Assembly (NCBI GenBank): GCA_904063045.1
Contig: CAJFCJ010000025.1
Coordinates: 186,001 to 250,000 of the forward strand
Direction: 5' to 3'
DNA length: 64,000 nucleotides
Source: Dimorphilus gyrociliatus
Taxonomy: Eukaryota; Animalia; Annelida
The translations under genes were made by a program, and so were the position numbers. Below, piece after piece: positions 1-12,438 of this stretch; positions within the stretch are counted from its first letter, which is position 1, and each line of letters begins with the position of its first letter. The notes below the pieces were generated by a model. It did not search any database. It had not been told where the DNA came from and was given only the letters and a program-made list of their open reading frames with translations.

Positions 1-2915
1 AAGCGTTAACTGCGAAATTTACTGTATAGATATAAAGGGAGAAGATAAAGAGTGAAAGAAGAAATTAAGTGATGAATGAAGAAAAAAAGAAGTTTTCAAT
101 CATCAATCTTTTTTCCATTCTTTCTTGTTCTTTCTCTTTAGTTTCCCTTTCTCTTTGACAATTGTCCCTTTTAGGATTCCCTTTTTATAGCATTTAATAA
201 TTAAAAAAACTTGCAATTATAAATAAAACTATTGATTATGTTTGTTTTGGTCTATTCATTAATGTAGAAAAAAGTGATTACATGTGCGTAGAATCTCTCT
301 CTCTCTCTCTCTCTATCATATGTATATTATTCTCTCTTTCGGTGTTTGTTGGACAGAGGATTACCAATTTTTAATTAAAAGAAAAGACCAAAGTCGGAAA
401 GAGACTAAATTATAGACATCTACAGCAAAAATAGAAGTCAGGGAAGTAGATTAAAAAATAGAGAGATAGAGAGAGAGAGAGAGATTATTTTATATTTTGT
501 TGAAAGTTTTTTTTTATAAAAAAAAAGAAATGGAATAAATAGAATTATTAAAAGTTGTGTTGTACGTATAATATTTGTAAACTACTTGACAGGAACAGGA
601 CCAAAACTAGTTTATTATGTATGAGGATTCTATCGTAGTATTTTTAGAACTATTTTTTTTATCTATCTCTCTCTCTCCCCTCTCCCACTGTCTGTCTCTT
701 CCTCTATGTCCAAACTATATATTCATCTATCCTTCCATCAACTGATTTTCTCTCTTTCCCAATTTTTTTATTTCACTTTTTTATTTTGCTAAATCGATCT
801 AACTAGGAGATTTTGTAGCTTATTCAAGGTATATTACTAGTTATATAATAAAGCTTGGATTGACCCATTCATTAATAATATTTACATAGTACTAAAGAAA
901 CGGATTGGACAAACTTGGCCTCGATTCTAGACAGAAGTGAGCCATATCTGATTAGGGGTTGGTCTTTGAAGGGTTGACGACGTTTATATGTTACCCTCGA
1001 TGGTTATTCAATAGATACAAAGGTGAGGGTCAAAATGGGAATTACACTTAGATATATACAAATCTAAGAATTCAAAGATACTTAGACTAAAACTCTACAA
1101 TCAAGAGTAAAAAAAAAGAGCACAATCATAAATCAAAATTTTTATCAACCTATAGGTAATATTTAAAAAGAATTTTCATCATTGTTAAATTGAATAAGCT
1201 TAATATACGTTTTTTAAGTCCTATTCCATACTTAGTCGTGACATGGTTCGATCTTTTTTCTACGTCATTTCTTTGGATCCCAACTTGATTTAAGTTTGCA
1301 TTATCTAGGGATTTTTTTTATTTGAAGAAAGAATATACGATTGAGCAAGTTGTAACACGTTAATATAGTTTATATATATTACACATTAACTTCTAAATAG
1401 ATAAAAATTGCTGTAAAGTAGATTTTTTTCTTTCTTTTTGTTGGATAAAAAAAACAGTCGTTTATTTTATTCATTCCGCTTTTTTTTCGAATTTTCTCTT
1501 TTTTTTTTCTCTCTCTCTCTCCCTTTCTCACTCTCTCACTATACCAGAAATATTCTATGCATTACAATCAAAGTACAGGCCTATATAATTATGACAAGAG
1601 AAGTAAGAAGTTTGTATGTCACAGAGAATGTTCTTAAAGAAATGTCTATATATAGAGACGCTGTATAATGTCCAGATGTCTGAAAATGTTACTAAGTGTA
1701 TATTGTATATTTAAATATACTGAGTACTGGACTATATTTAAGTTTAATTGCTTTATGAATATTCATTATGTTAAAATATCTATGAAAAATTAGATATAAT
1801 GAGAACAAAACAAGCAATACAATGATATCCAGGTTTGGAAATTTGAGATAGCGGTACTTGTTTATTTTTATTACAGTATTGAAAAGTTGTTTTAGAAAGA
1901 TAGCAAAGGGAGAAAGAGAATATAAGAGGGAAAAGGTTGGAGTAGGATTAAGAGTGGTATGATAACAATAACGATTAATTAGCGTAAAGAATTGATAATT
2001 GTATCCGCAAGTAGGATAACGATAATGAAATTTGTACAAATACGTCAGCAGTCCGAAAGGAAAAAATGTTTCAAGTGCAGCTCATCCGAAAATCGATAAG
2101 ACGGAACACCTGCTCACCGTCTCTCTTTTCAACTCATATACGACAAGCATGGAAACCTATAACTTTTACTTTTAAGAGAAGAAGACAAGAGTGAACTTAA
2201 GATTTTCATAATCTATGCTAAGAGAATAAAGCTATTTATAAGAGCAATATTCGAAATGCGTAAGACTACGTCTATAATAGTGCTGTGCTCTTAGAATATC
2301 TATATTCGTAAGAGATTTAAAGGAGAACTGATTTAGAAGTTCCGTTGAACCAATCTTCTTTTTTTCCTCTTGTTTGAAAAATAAGAAAAATGTTATAAAT
2401 CTTTTACTAGAGAATCCTTTTACGGCTATTAATAACGCCAATATTGCTGAAACGAAACGTACCGAAACAAATAATTAAGTAATGACAAGAAGAAAGCAAT
2501 CTTAAGGTTTCTCCAGATATTTCTCAGATTCCAATTCGTTTCTCTTTGCATTATTCAGCAATGTAATCAGTTCGAAGCGGGTATAATTTCATTACTTAGC
2601 GTCGTTCGCTTTTGGCTAGGAGTGCTTAATCGGTACATAATATCTTTTTCATTGATATGTTACATTTTCAAAAAATATCACAAAAATCTAACTTAATATT
2701 CCTATAGTGACAAGTATTTCATAAACGAATAAGGTCTATAACTAATCAATTAAGGGGAATACAAATACAAAGGGTGAAGAGAAATTAGAAAGAGATATGA
2801 TGGGGAAAGAAGAAGAGTAGGCCTGGAAAGGAGAGGCAAATATGGTATTAGAATAGCAGGGAAATAGGACTAGATTCAAAGTGTATATGAAATAGGAGAA
2901 AAAGAAGAATAAAGA

Positions 2916-2917
<2 letters not shown>

Positions 2918-2950
<33 letters not shown>
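2918..2950. repeat. (GA)n microsatellite
   Basis: Read directly; boundaries approximate. Confidence 0.9.
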
Positions 2951-2955
<5 letters not shown>

Positions 2956-3306
2956 CAGACAGATACAAACACAGAGAAGAATAAAGAAAAAGAACTTTTT
3001 CTTGTTAATTTAAAAAATGAGATGGTAAAGTATTTGTTTATATATTTAGAATGTTTATATCTTTTTCTTAGATTTTTGATTGGTTGACCTTTAATGTCAT
3101 ATAATCTAAATACGTAAGCAGGTGGATTATCTCCAACTGAATAACTTTCTATTGTTTCGTTGGGTGTTAATTTGAAGTATATCTTTATTTTATACTCATC
3201 AGTTACAGTAGCATACAGAGTGTCTAATCCTAGTATAGAAATATAGAAATATATATGTATACATGAATATGTATATTCTGCACAGTATATATGTATTTTT
3301 AGTTTT

Positions 3307-3348
<42 letters not shown>

Positions 3349-3435
3349 TTAAACCCATAGTCCATGTCCTATTTGTTTCCCTATTTTAATTTGCATACAA
3401 ATTAACTATGAATACATAATCTGGGAAGAAAATTC

Positions 3436-3466
<31 letters not shown>

Positions 3467-6400
3467 CTCTCTTCCTCTCTCACGTCTATCAAAAGTAACA
3501 GAAACAAAGAAAGAGACTATGAAGGTAAGAAAGATGATAATATTGTAAACGTTGAAACAAATGTATAGAATGTTGTTATTACATAAAATACAGTTTAGAT
3601 ATAGACAATTATGCAAATACACTTTATATATATAGTACAAAATTGACCGTCTTTGATTTGTTTTGTAAGTTTCCATCATCCCTCTTATTATGTAATAAAA
3701 TAGAAAGTAGGAATAGCACAAATGATATTTGTAAGAATGAAATTGTGAAATGTTTCCTTATTATGTAATTAGACGTCTTGTAATTCAGGTTAACCTTCGC
3801 TAAATTCTAATTAGTATTTAATCTTACTATCCATCACTATCTTTAAATAGAATTTGTAAAGAAACAATTACACTCAACGTTTTAGACATTTTTTCCAGGG
3901 ATAACGTGAAAACCTAACATAATCCGTAATACGATCATACCTAATTTGCATAGTATCCTCTTTATGATTGATTACGATCGGCGATATGTCGGCGTCATCG
4001 GAGCGGAAATCGTTGATCATTGGCTAATATTACAGCTTCTCGTTTATATACAGTATATGTCTATACTTTTACTGAATAAGTACTTTTATAATGACAATGT
4101 ATATGTATTGTTTGTAAAGGCGTCTCTAGAAGGCTAGCTCTCCAAAACAAAAGGAAAGAAGAGAGTCATTAGAATTACAGATGGAAAGAGAGAAAAAACA
4201 TCCGGCGATGTTTGAAATGGTAGATGAATAATGCAGAGTTTTAGCCGGCTCGGCGCCAATTCTTTTCTTCCGACCGCCGTATAATGGAAACGTTCTCCTG
4301 CCTAATCAACGTCATCGTCGACCTTAATAGGCGTTCCATAGACGACGGTCACGTATTTTCTTGAGCGATAAATATCAATTTGAATGAAAGTGGTAGCTTA
4401 TGAAAAAGTTTTATCTATCTGAAACATATGAAAATCGAATATCTGACTGAGAAATGCTTCTTTCCTTTAAAACCGTCTTTAGCGACGGTTATATGGCTTA
4501 AATCTGCACTTTCTCTAGTTCGACTAGTAGCTAATATAGTGAAAAAATGGATCATAAATGAAAGATAGCAGAGAGACTATTATCATAAAACTATAAATAC
4601 TCAACATATTGTATAATCTATAAAACATTCAATGAAGCGATTTCTTGGTTCAATTATTATTATTATGATTGTACGTTCTTTTCGAGATATCAATATGAAT
4701 TATTAAGAAATTTGGGTTATCTAGTCTTATTGTAGCAATTCTTAATGAAATTACACCAAGCTTAGGCTTATCTAAAAAAGAGATAAGCGTTGATGAGTTG
4801 GTGAATATATAAGTTTGACCTTAGAATATAGAAAATACTCGTAGAAAACCTTAAAAATCTTGTAACAAATTGAAAAAAACGAACTTAATCATATTATAAT
4901 AATATAAGACATCATATACGATACATGTAAATAAATATATATATATATATATACTGTATATTTATCAATAGCTTACTTTTTCACTTAAAGGCTTTTTTAT
5001 TAATGGAATTTTTCTTCTAGTTAAAAATTTAAATTCATTGCAACAGCCTATTAAGGGTTAAAGTCATAAAACAGATGGCCGATGGATTAAATAGCTAATT
5101 AAAAAGTATTACCTTTGGTCAAATTATCGCATACAAAATGAATAGGATTTTCAGGGTATTATTGATTAGAATAAACAAAAAAGGCTTAGTAAAAATGAAT
5201 TATTATTTAAAGAAGAGTAATAAAGTTTTATTGATAGATTTCTTAAACAAGAAATTATATTTAAATAATGTATTTACAGGGAAAGAGGGGCAATGTAAAA
5301 GACGAGAGGAGTTGGATGGATAAGGAAAAAGTCCAGAATATGTACTTTGTAAAATGACACAGGCGGAAGAGAGAGAGAGAGAGAGAGAAGCAGCAGCAGT
5401 AGATGAAAAGAACTAATTTTTCGAGGGACAGGATTATATAATCTGACTAAATATTTTCTACGAAAATCAGTTTGTCAAAATAAACTGTGTTACGATCTGA
5501 AAACTCTATACGATAGAAACTATCTGTTTTTTTTCCGAGAACAAGGAAACATTGTCAAAAAATAGCGATTCCTAGATGAAAAATTGATATTTCTCTTTTT
5601 AAGAGAGCTCGCAGATTTACTTTACATAAAGTAAAAAAAAATGTATACTTTACCAAAAATAATAGCCGCGCAGAAGGATTGCAGTAGGCAGTACCGCAAA
5701 CCAATCATTCGAACGCCCCGCAATACCGCAAAGGATTAACGGCGGATCCGAACGAGAATTCCGACATGTGTTCACTAGACTGCGGTTCATTGCTGCCAGC
5801 GACTTGCCGCGGCTAATGCATTAAAAAATTTCGCGTCACTTGCAGTCTCATATAGCGTTCGAATTTTCTTCATATTTTGCTGTAATATTCCATTCTTCTT
5901 TCATTAATAACGATATAATCTTCTCCCTTGTATACTGTAGAAAACAAATATTTATTATCTATTCAAATTTATGCATAAATTATAAATATATATATATATA
6001 CTAATATATATATATATACAGATTTTTGTGACTCTTTATACATCAATACATTAGAAATGTTTCATGTATCGATTGATTATCGTAAATGTAAAATAGTATA
6101 TTTTTAGACGTATTGCTGATATCAATTAATCTTGGATACGAACGTTACGACCTTAACGTCCTCACTTAAGGTATGGAGACGTAATTTTCCTACACATACA
6201 TATACCAAGTGTGCACTGTATTGATCTAGAATCCGCCCAGCAACAGGCGTCGTTTGAGCGATGCTTTCTATGTCGGAAATTATCGGTTTTGACGCCTTTT
6301 ATTATATTTGTATCGAAGATAAACATTAGAAAATTTTTGACAAGTTTCTCCCTAAAAGAATCTCTCATCAATCTTTTCATAAATCAGAAGACATTTAACA

Positions 6401-6861
6401 AATTGTTGCAGTTCAAGAGATAAAGGAGAAATGACAAGTCTATCCTATCATTAAAATTCAAATTGAACGATTACGTTTATTCAATATCCTTCTCTTTGTA
6501 TTTTCTAAAATCATTTAGAGAAATACTAGAAACTTTATTCATTTAAATTATTATTTAAAAGTGACAACAAAGACAACAAAATAGACTTTTTCTTTACGTT
6601 TAAAAATGTTTTTATTAATTCTTATTTATATGACAAATTTTACCTTTAAAAAAAAAACCGTATCATCGATTTTTATTTCTTTTACTTTTCCTTCTTCACC
6701 TAAAATTTTTGTATTTTTTATGTTATTCCTACCTTTTTTATCTTTCGAAATATTACTAAAAAACCAATAATATTGTAAAATATCCAACAGTATATCATTA
6801 TGTTTTTAGCCTGTAATAAAATACCAATTATGATAAGGAGAGATTGTACTCGGCTCCTTTC

Positions 6862-6899
<38 letters not shown>

Positions 6900-9374
6900 C
6901 CTTCATTTATGCTTATGTAGACATTAGCTCACATATCTAGTTTTTTTTATAATGGTCTACTATTAGCTTTAAAACATTAAAACAACTTGAATCCAGATAT
7001 CTGAACATAATTTATGGAATTGGACGGGAAAACCCTACTATGGTTTTCTATTGCAAAAAAAAATCAAGGAAAAAAGGGTAGGAAATAGGAGAAAGCGGAA
7101 ATGAAAAACTATTGGAGAAAAATACCAGTATAAGAAAATAGCAGTTTCTAGAAAGCTACAAAGATTAAATATATCTGAGTGATAATTTACTTTCTTGCGA
7201 CTTTTATTCTCATTCCACTAATTATGTTCGTATGAATAGGGTTTATACTGATAAATATATATTAGTTATTCCCATACAACTCTTTTTCCATCTCCTTTCT
7301 CCACTTCCCAATTTTCTAAAAGGGAAAAACTAAAGTTCAAAACAATTTGCTTGGTAGTAAAGAAAAGAGAAATGCTTTCTTTCTTTTTTTATAGAAAACC
7401 AGTAAAATTTCTTCTCTTATTCACCCCGTCATCTTGGAAAATGACAGGCTATAATAATGAACTTCCTCACTAACGAGTAAGTTATCAAAGACTTTAATCC
7501 ATCCCATCAACACACACTTTCTCTTCTTGACGAAAAAAATGAAAACAAAATGTCTATTTACTAGAATTCGAAATATTCTACGGTTTATTTCTATATTATA
7601 ATTAATTAATTAATAAAACACTGTATATTTCACAATAGTTATTTTGCACTTCTTCCTTTTAGAATCTCTGTTTCTAGTTCCTTTTCAATATTTCTTCCTT
7701 CTCTTTCTACTTATTTATACCGTTATCTTCCATCGTACTTGTGCTTTGACATTGTGAAATAATCTAAAGAACATTATACAAATAACCTGGATATTTTTAA
7801 ATCTGCTATTCGTAATATTTTTCTTCATCTTTTAATAAAATTGAACGGAAATGAGTTTCTTTTCTTTCAATATTGAGAAAAAAAGAGAAAAGACAGCTGT
7901 AAAAGTATAAAGGAAACAACAAACTAGAGAGGGTCATCTGATAATTGTTAAATTATAATCTATCTAAACAGGCGTTGTAATTGCATAAGCAACTTCCATT
8001 TAAAGCTGCTCTGTTTTTTTTTTTAATTTATTTATAGTTGTGTCTATTCCCTTCTCAATAATTTTGCTTTCTATAAAGACAAACCAAAAGAAACAAAAAT
8101 AACTGAGATTGACAAAGATGATAACGGTTATATAGTTAGTATCTAATCCGTTTTTTGAGAGACTGTAAGGTCATTTATTCCAATGGAAAAGGATCGCCTA
8201 TCCCTTCTCTCTTACCCTCTTCAGTCTTAAACAAACAAGAGTCCAACTCTTTTTTTCCTATTTTTTCCTTTCGGACAAACAATAATATCGATTTTGTCCA
8301 ACCTTGTTCATTAATAGAATAAACTGATTCGAAAAGGGCATTTCTTATCTACAACATAGAAAAGGCTGGGAGTAACTTTGTCTAAATTAGATTAATAAGC
8401 TCTATTTCGTTATAAATTAATGTTTCTCGAAAACGATTATAGCTGTTGTTCAAAAAATGTTCTTATCAGTTATGAATAGTAGAATTGAGTGTTATGACAA
8501 ATAATCGCTGATTATAAAAATAAAAATGAATATGGCATTTTCTTTCGTTTGTATTTAACCTTAAAGAACAATAGAATAAGTGGCAGGATGGAAAATAACG
8601 GACAGTTTCAATTGGGGGAGGAGGGAGAGATGGAGAGAGAGAAAAAGAGCGAAGCGAAGTTCAAAAGTAGCCCTATATAGTTTATTCCAAATAATCAAAA
8701 AGGAAGATAAGAAAAAATGTAAAATCATCTATTTATCGTAAAATGAATGTCATATAAATCTATTGCGCAATTTAGTCCAATATTAAGTTTTTTTTATGTT
8801 GATTTTTTCCATATAGACTTAAGTACATAAACATATATCCTCTAATCCTTTTTCCTCCTTCTCTCTCTCTCTGTTTCTCTTTTCATCGTCCAGTCTAAAA
8901 TTTTCATTAAAATTTCCACTTGTATATTGAAGATTTGTAAAAGTTTCTGATGGAATAAAAAATTCGTATTCCGTTGTGTTTACAAATAAGAATTGGAATA
9001 ATTCAAACATTTACTTCTTTAATTGAATTAGATTGATTAGACGCTGAATATAATATGATTCTAACAAATGAATGAAAGTGCATCTTAAAAGTAAGATGGT
9101 ATAACTAATTACGCAAATTTTAATTTCATTTATAAGATTATTGTCTTATTAAAAGAGATAAATTAACATTTATTCAATTAAAGACAGATGTAGGTGTATA
9201 TACATATATATGTATTTGTCTTATCAAACGTTTTAATTTATAGCTATACGATTATTACAAGGCATAGTAAAATAATCTTTTGAAAGAGCTAAGGCCAATG
9301 TTATTCTCGGATTATTTGGCCTGTACCCTTTAAAAGTATTTTTGAGACGTCAAACAATCATTTGCTCTTAGACA

Positions 9375-11086
9375 ATGATGATGGAAGATAATTCGGAAAA
9401 ACAAGAAAGAATTCGCAAAATTCTTAAATTTATTGTTCCACCAGAAGACTATTCAAATCTAGGAATTCAACAGTCTCATTTCGATGATGTTAGAATACGT
9501 CGGAGAGGTAAAAAACAAAAGAAAACAATTCGTATAAAGATTATCAACTTTTTCTTTTTTTTTAAAAAAAAAGAAAAAGATTTTCCATTTTTATTTCTCC
9601 TAAAAAAAGTTTCAAAGTAAAATTTTTTTTTCTCAAATCGAATTCTAGATATGTTAAAACAACCAAGATTACTAGACTTTATTATAGATGAATTACGGAA
9701 AGGAGAGTGTTTAATATGGGTTGACAGGAATCCGAAAAACCCATTGACATTTGTAATTTCTGATTCAGGAGAAATTGCATCCAGATGGGGAAGGGTGAAA
9801 AAAAATAAAAAAATGACTTATGAAAAATTTTCAAGAGCGTTAAGGTTAGTTTTTCCCATTTTCTTTTGTCTTTTCTTAACCTCTTATATATGCCTATTTA
9901 TAAATATATATATATATATAATGTAAAATTAGCGTACTATATTCAGTTTGTATAACTCTGAGCCTTTCGCCTAAGTAGTAATACGTTCTAAATAAGTAAG
10001 GATTGATACTTTCCATGAATAATTTAGAATAGAAAAGCAAACACATTCAAAAAAAAAACAAAATGGGGAAAAAAACTGAATTTACTATTTGTTATCAATC
10101 ATGTAATAATCTATTAAACTCTGTTAAAGTATATAAATAGATAATTTTGCAAGATATGAACTATCTAAGAATTCTAATCCGATGAGAATTCCTTAGATAC
10201 AATGATAATAACAAAAAAAGGCGGGTAGATAGGAAAAGAGAGAGAGAGAGAGAGATAGATAGGTAGGTAGAGGGAAAAGAGGAAAAGAATTAGATGGGTC
10301 ATTGATAAAGATATAATATAACACTTAGTTAATATTAAAATAACAAAGAAAGTATTTAATATATATACACAAGAATCGTAAAATATAGCATAAAGATTAA
10401 TTATGGACGGCTTCCTGCCATTAAACCATGATACAAATGTATGTATTTGCCTATTTACAGTTTTGTAAACGTTCAAAGAATATTCTAAAGTAAAAGTTAG
10501 CTTTGCAATATATTATTTTCCATTCGGTCTTTTATTCTCTTTCCTTCTTTTCCTCCTTCTCCTCTTCCCCCCTCCCCGTCTCTCTCTCTCTCTCTTTCTA
10601 TCTCTCTTTCTCGCTCTCTTTCAATATGTTACAAATATATTATCTACATATTATCTTTTTATGATTTAGTTTATTTTTAAGGTTTAGTTAAGTACTTAAA
10701 CCGTCTAGACCCTATGTTACTATAACCACACTAGGAATTTCCACAAAGCTTAAGAAAATTTCAACCAATAGATGGCGTGTGATACCGATAAGATTATAAA
10801 TTATCTTTATTTGAACTACGAATCATAGATAACTAAAAAATTATGTTTTGATAAATCAAAAATTAGAGATTAATTTTTATCATAAAAAATTCTTTAAACT
10901 AACAGAACATACGGTGTAAACCATAACGGTTGTTTAGAGAAGCCAGACGACAAGAAAAGATTGAGCTATTCTATAAGATTGGATCTTTTAAAAGTACGGT
11001 ATAAAGGAGTAATAAGGGAAAACGACTTGAAATATTTAAAATATATTCAGCATAAAGTATCTTCGAGTCTCTTAAGAAGTCTTTGA
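9375..11086 (+). CDS. Small divergent ETS-domain transcription factor (~169 aa; exons 9375-9507, 9649-9844, 10906-11086)
   Basis: Spliced product reads LLDFIIDEL..CLIWVD..FVISDSGEIASRWGRVKKNKKMTYEKFSRALR/TYGVNHNGCLEKPDDKKRLSYSI, covering the ETS helices and wing. GT-AG sites and phases (1, 2) are consistent. An in-frame AG at 9370-9371 means a further 5' exon is possible. Subfamily not assignable. Confidence 0.85.
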
Positions 11087-11824
11087 AATATTGAACGTGT
11101 TTTTTTTTCTCCTTTTACTTTTTCTGTGAAGAGAGACAGTCTATTGACAAAAAAACTTGAAACTTCTTTCCTCATCCTAGAGAGAGTTATATTATCAATG
11201 TAGAAACTTTCCGTATTGTTTGTTTATTCTATTTCATATTTTTTAACATTAATCTTAATTTTACGAAGAGATGTTCTAGTTATAAAGTGTATATAATTAC
11301 TGTTATTTTTGGACAAGAGGCAAACTTTAACAATTTTTGCATAAAAGTTAAAAGGTCTGATTAAAGAAACTTTCTATTACATTTAAATAAATTGTAATAA
11401 GAGCCATGTTATTGCTATTTTAAAAGTTCTTCTTCTTGTTTGTCAAATTTTCACTTGTTTGTTTATATAAGCGGTTTTGTTTGCTTATATTTAATTAATT
11501 TTTTAACTATATATTCTTTCTGTTCACTTATATCATTTTGTTCATTTGATATAAACAAGTACACTACGATATTTACAGTATATTGTGTAAATGTAAACAA
11601 AAGTTCGTATATACATTAAAGTTACTTTTAGTTAATAAATTAAAGTTTCAATAGTTTTATTACTATCTTCTTTTATTTATTAAATAATTTTTTTTTTAAA
11701 AAAACAAACATTTAAAAAAAATTCTTTTTTTAAAAATAGTAAAACTTATAACCTTGACTCGACCTTTATATTATATAAATTCATTACTATTACTATAAGA
11801 GTATAACATACTGTAATATATATT

Positions 11825-11858
11825 ATATACAGTATATATATATATATATACTGTATAT
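11825..11858. repeat. Perfect 34-bp palindrome ATATACAG-(TA)9-CTGTATAT
   Basis: Read directly; the arms are exact reverse complements around a self-complementary TA run. Confidence 0.9.
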
Positions 11859-11905
11859 TATTAGATATAGCGCATTTTTTTAAAAGTTGTTTTAAATTTT
11901 CAATT

Positions 11906-12438
11906 ATGTTTAATAACAATTATCGTATTGTTAAAATTTTAATTTTGATTGAAAGATTATCGGCTAAATTGTATACACCAGAACAAATTTTCGAATCTAA
12001 ACCTATTAAAGAGCAATATTATGAAGTAAACTATTATAGAGATATATGCTATAGTAGAACTAAGTACGAGTGTAAGAAAATCTTATGGGCAATGAGTAAT
12101 GCAGACGATGAACTAATTAGAGAAACTGGTAATAATTATATCTATAATTAAAATCAATTTGTAATAGATAAATACCGTTGAAAGGCCTCCATTCGTACGC
12201 GAAACTCGGTAATATAGATTTTCCGGAAGCATCTAGAAAAAGATGGTACGATATTGAAAGAAATTTACCGAAAACGGTATGCTTAAATAGAATATCGGAT
12301 GCCGAATGCTATAGGTGTAGTTTAGCAATTATGGCGAATGAATTTAGACCAATTTATAATCAGTGTTGTAAAGGAAGTATTAAGATAGTAAAATATTGTG
12401 AAAAGATAGGTTTTAATCCCAAATTAAGTGTCAAATAA
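11906..12438 (+). CDS. Small cysteine-rich, putatively secreted/prohormone-like protein (~158 aa; exons 11906-12128, 12185-12438)
   Basis: Two track ORFs are joined in frame by a 56-nt GT-AG intron (12129-12184) to give ..ELIRETGLHSYAKLG... The protein has 8 Cys and an RKR site ahead of a 6-Cys C-terminal segment. The 5' end and signal peptide are uncertain. Confidence 0.55.

Noticed and set aside
6162-6380. Minus-strand 72-aa ORF ending in a Cys-rich segment (ACCWADSRSIQCTLGICMC)
   Set aside because: Odd number of Cys (5), no signal peptide, no partner exon found, and an equally long ORF on the opposite strand; compatible with chance.
10709-10799. Alternative third ETS exon (R-PYVTITTLG..NRWRV)
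   Set aside because: Phase-compatible, but 10906-11086 (TYG..LEK..KRLSY) matches the ETS wing far better.
11906-12438. Reading as a frameshifted pseudogene or viral insert
   Set aside because: A typical-size 56-nt GT-AG intron removes the stops and the frameshift.
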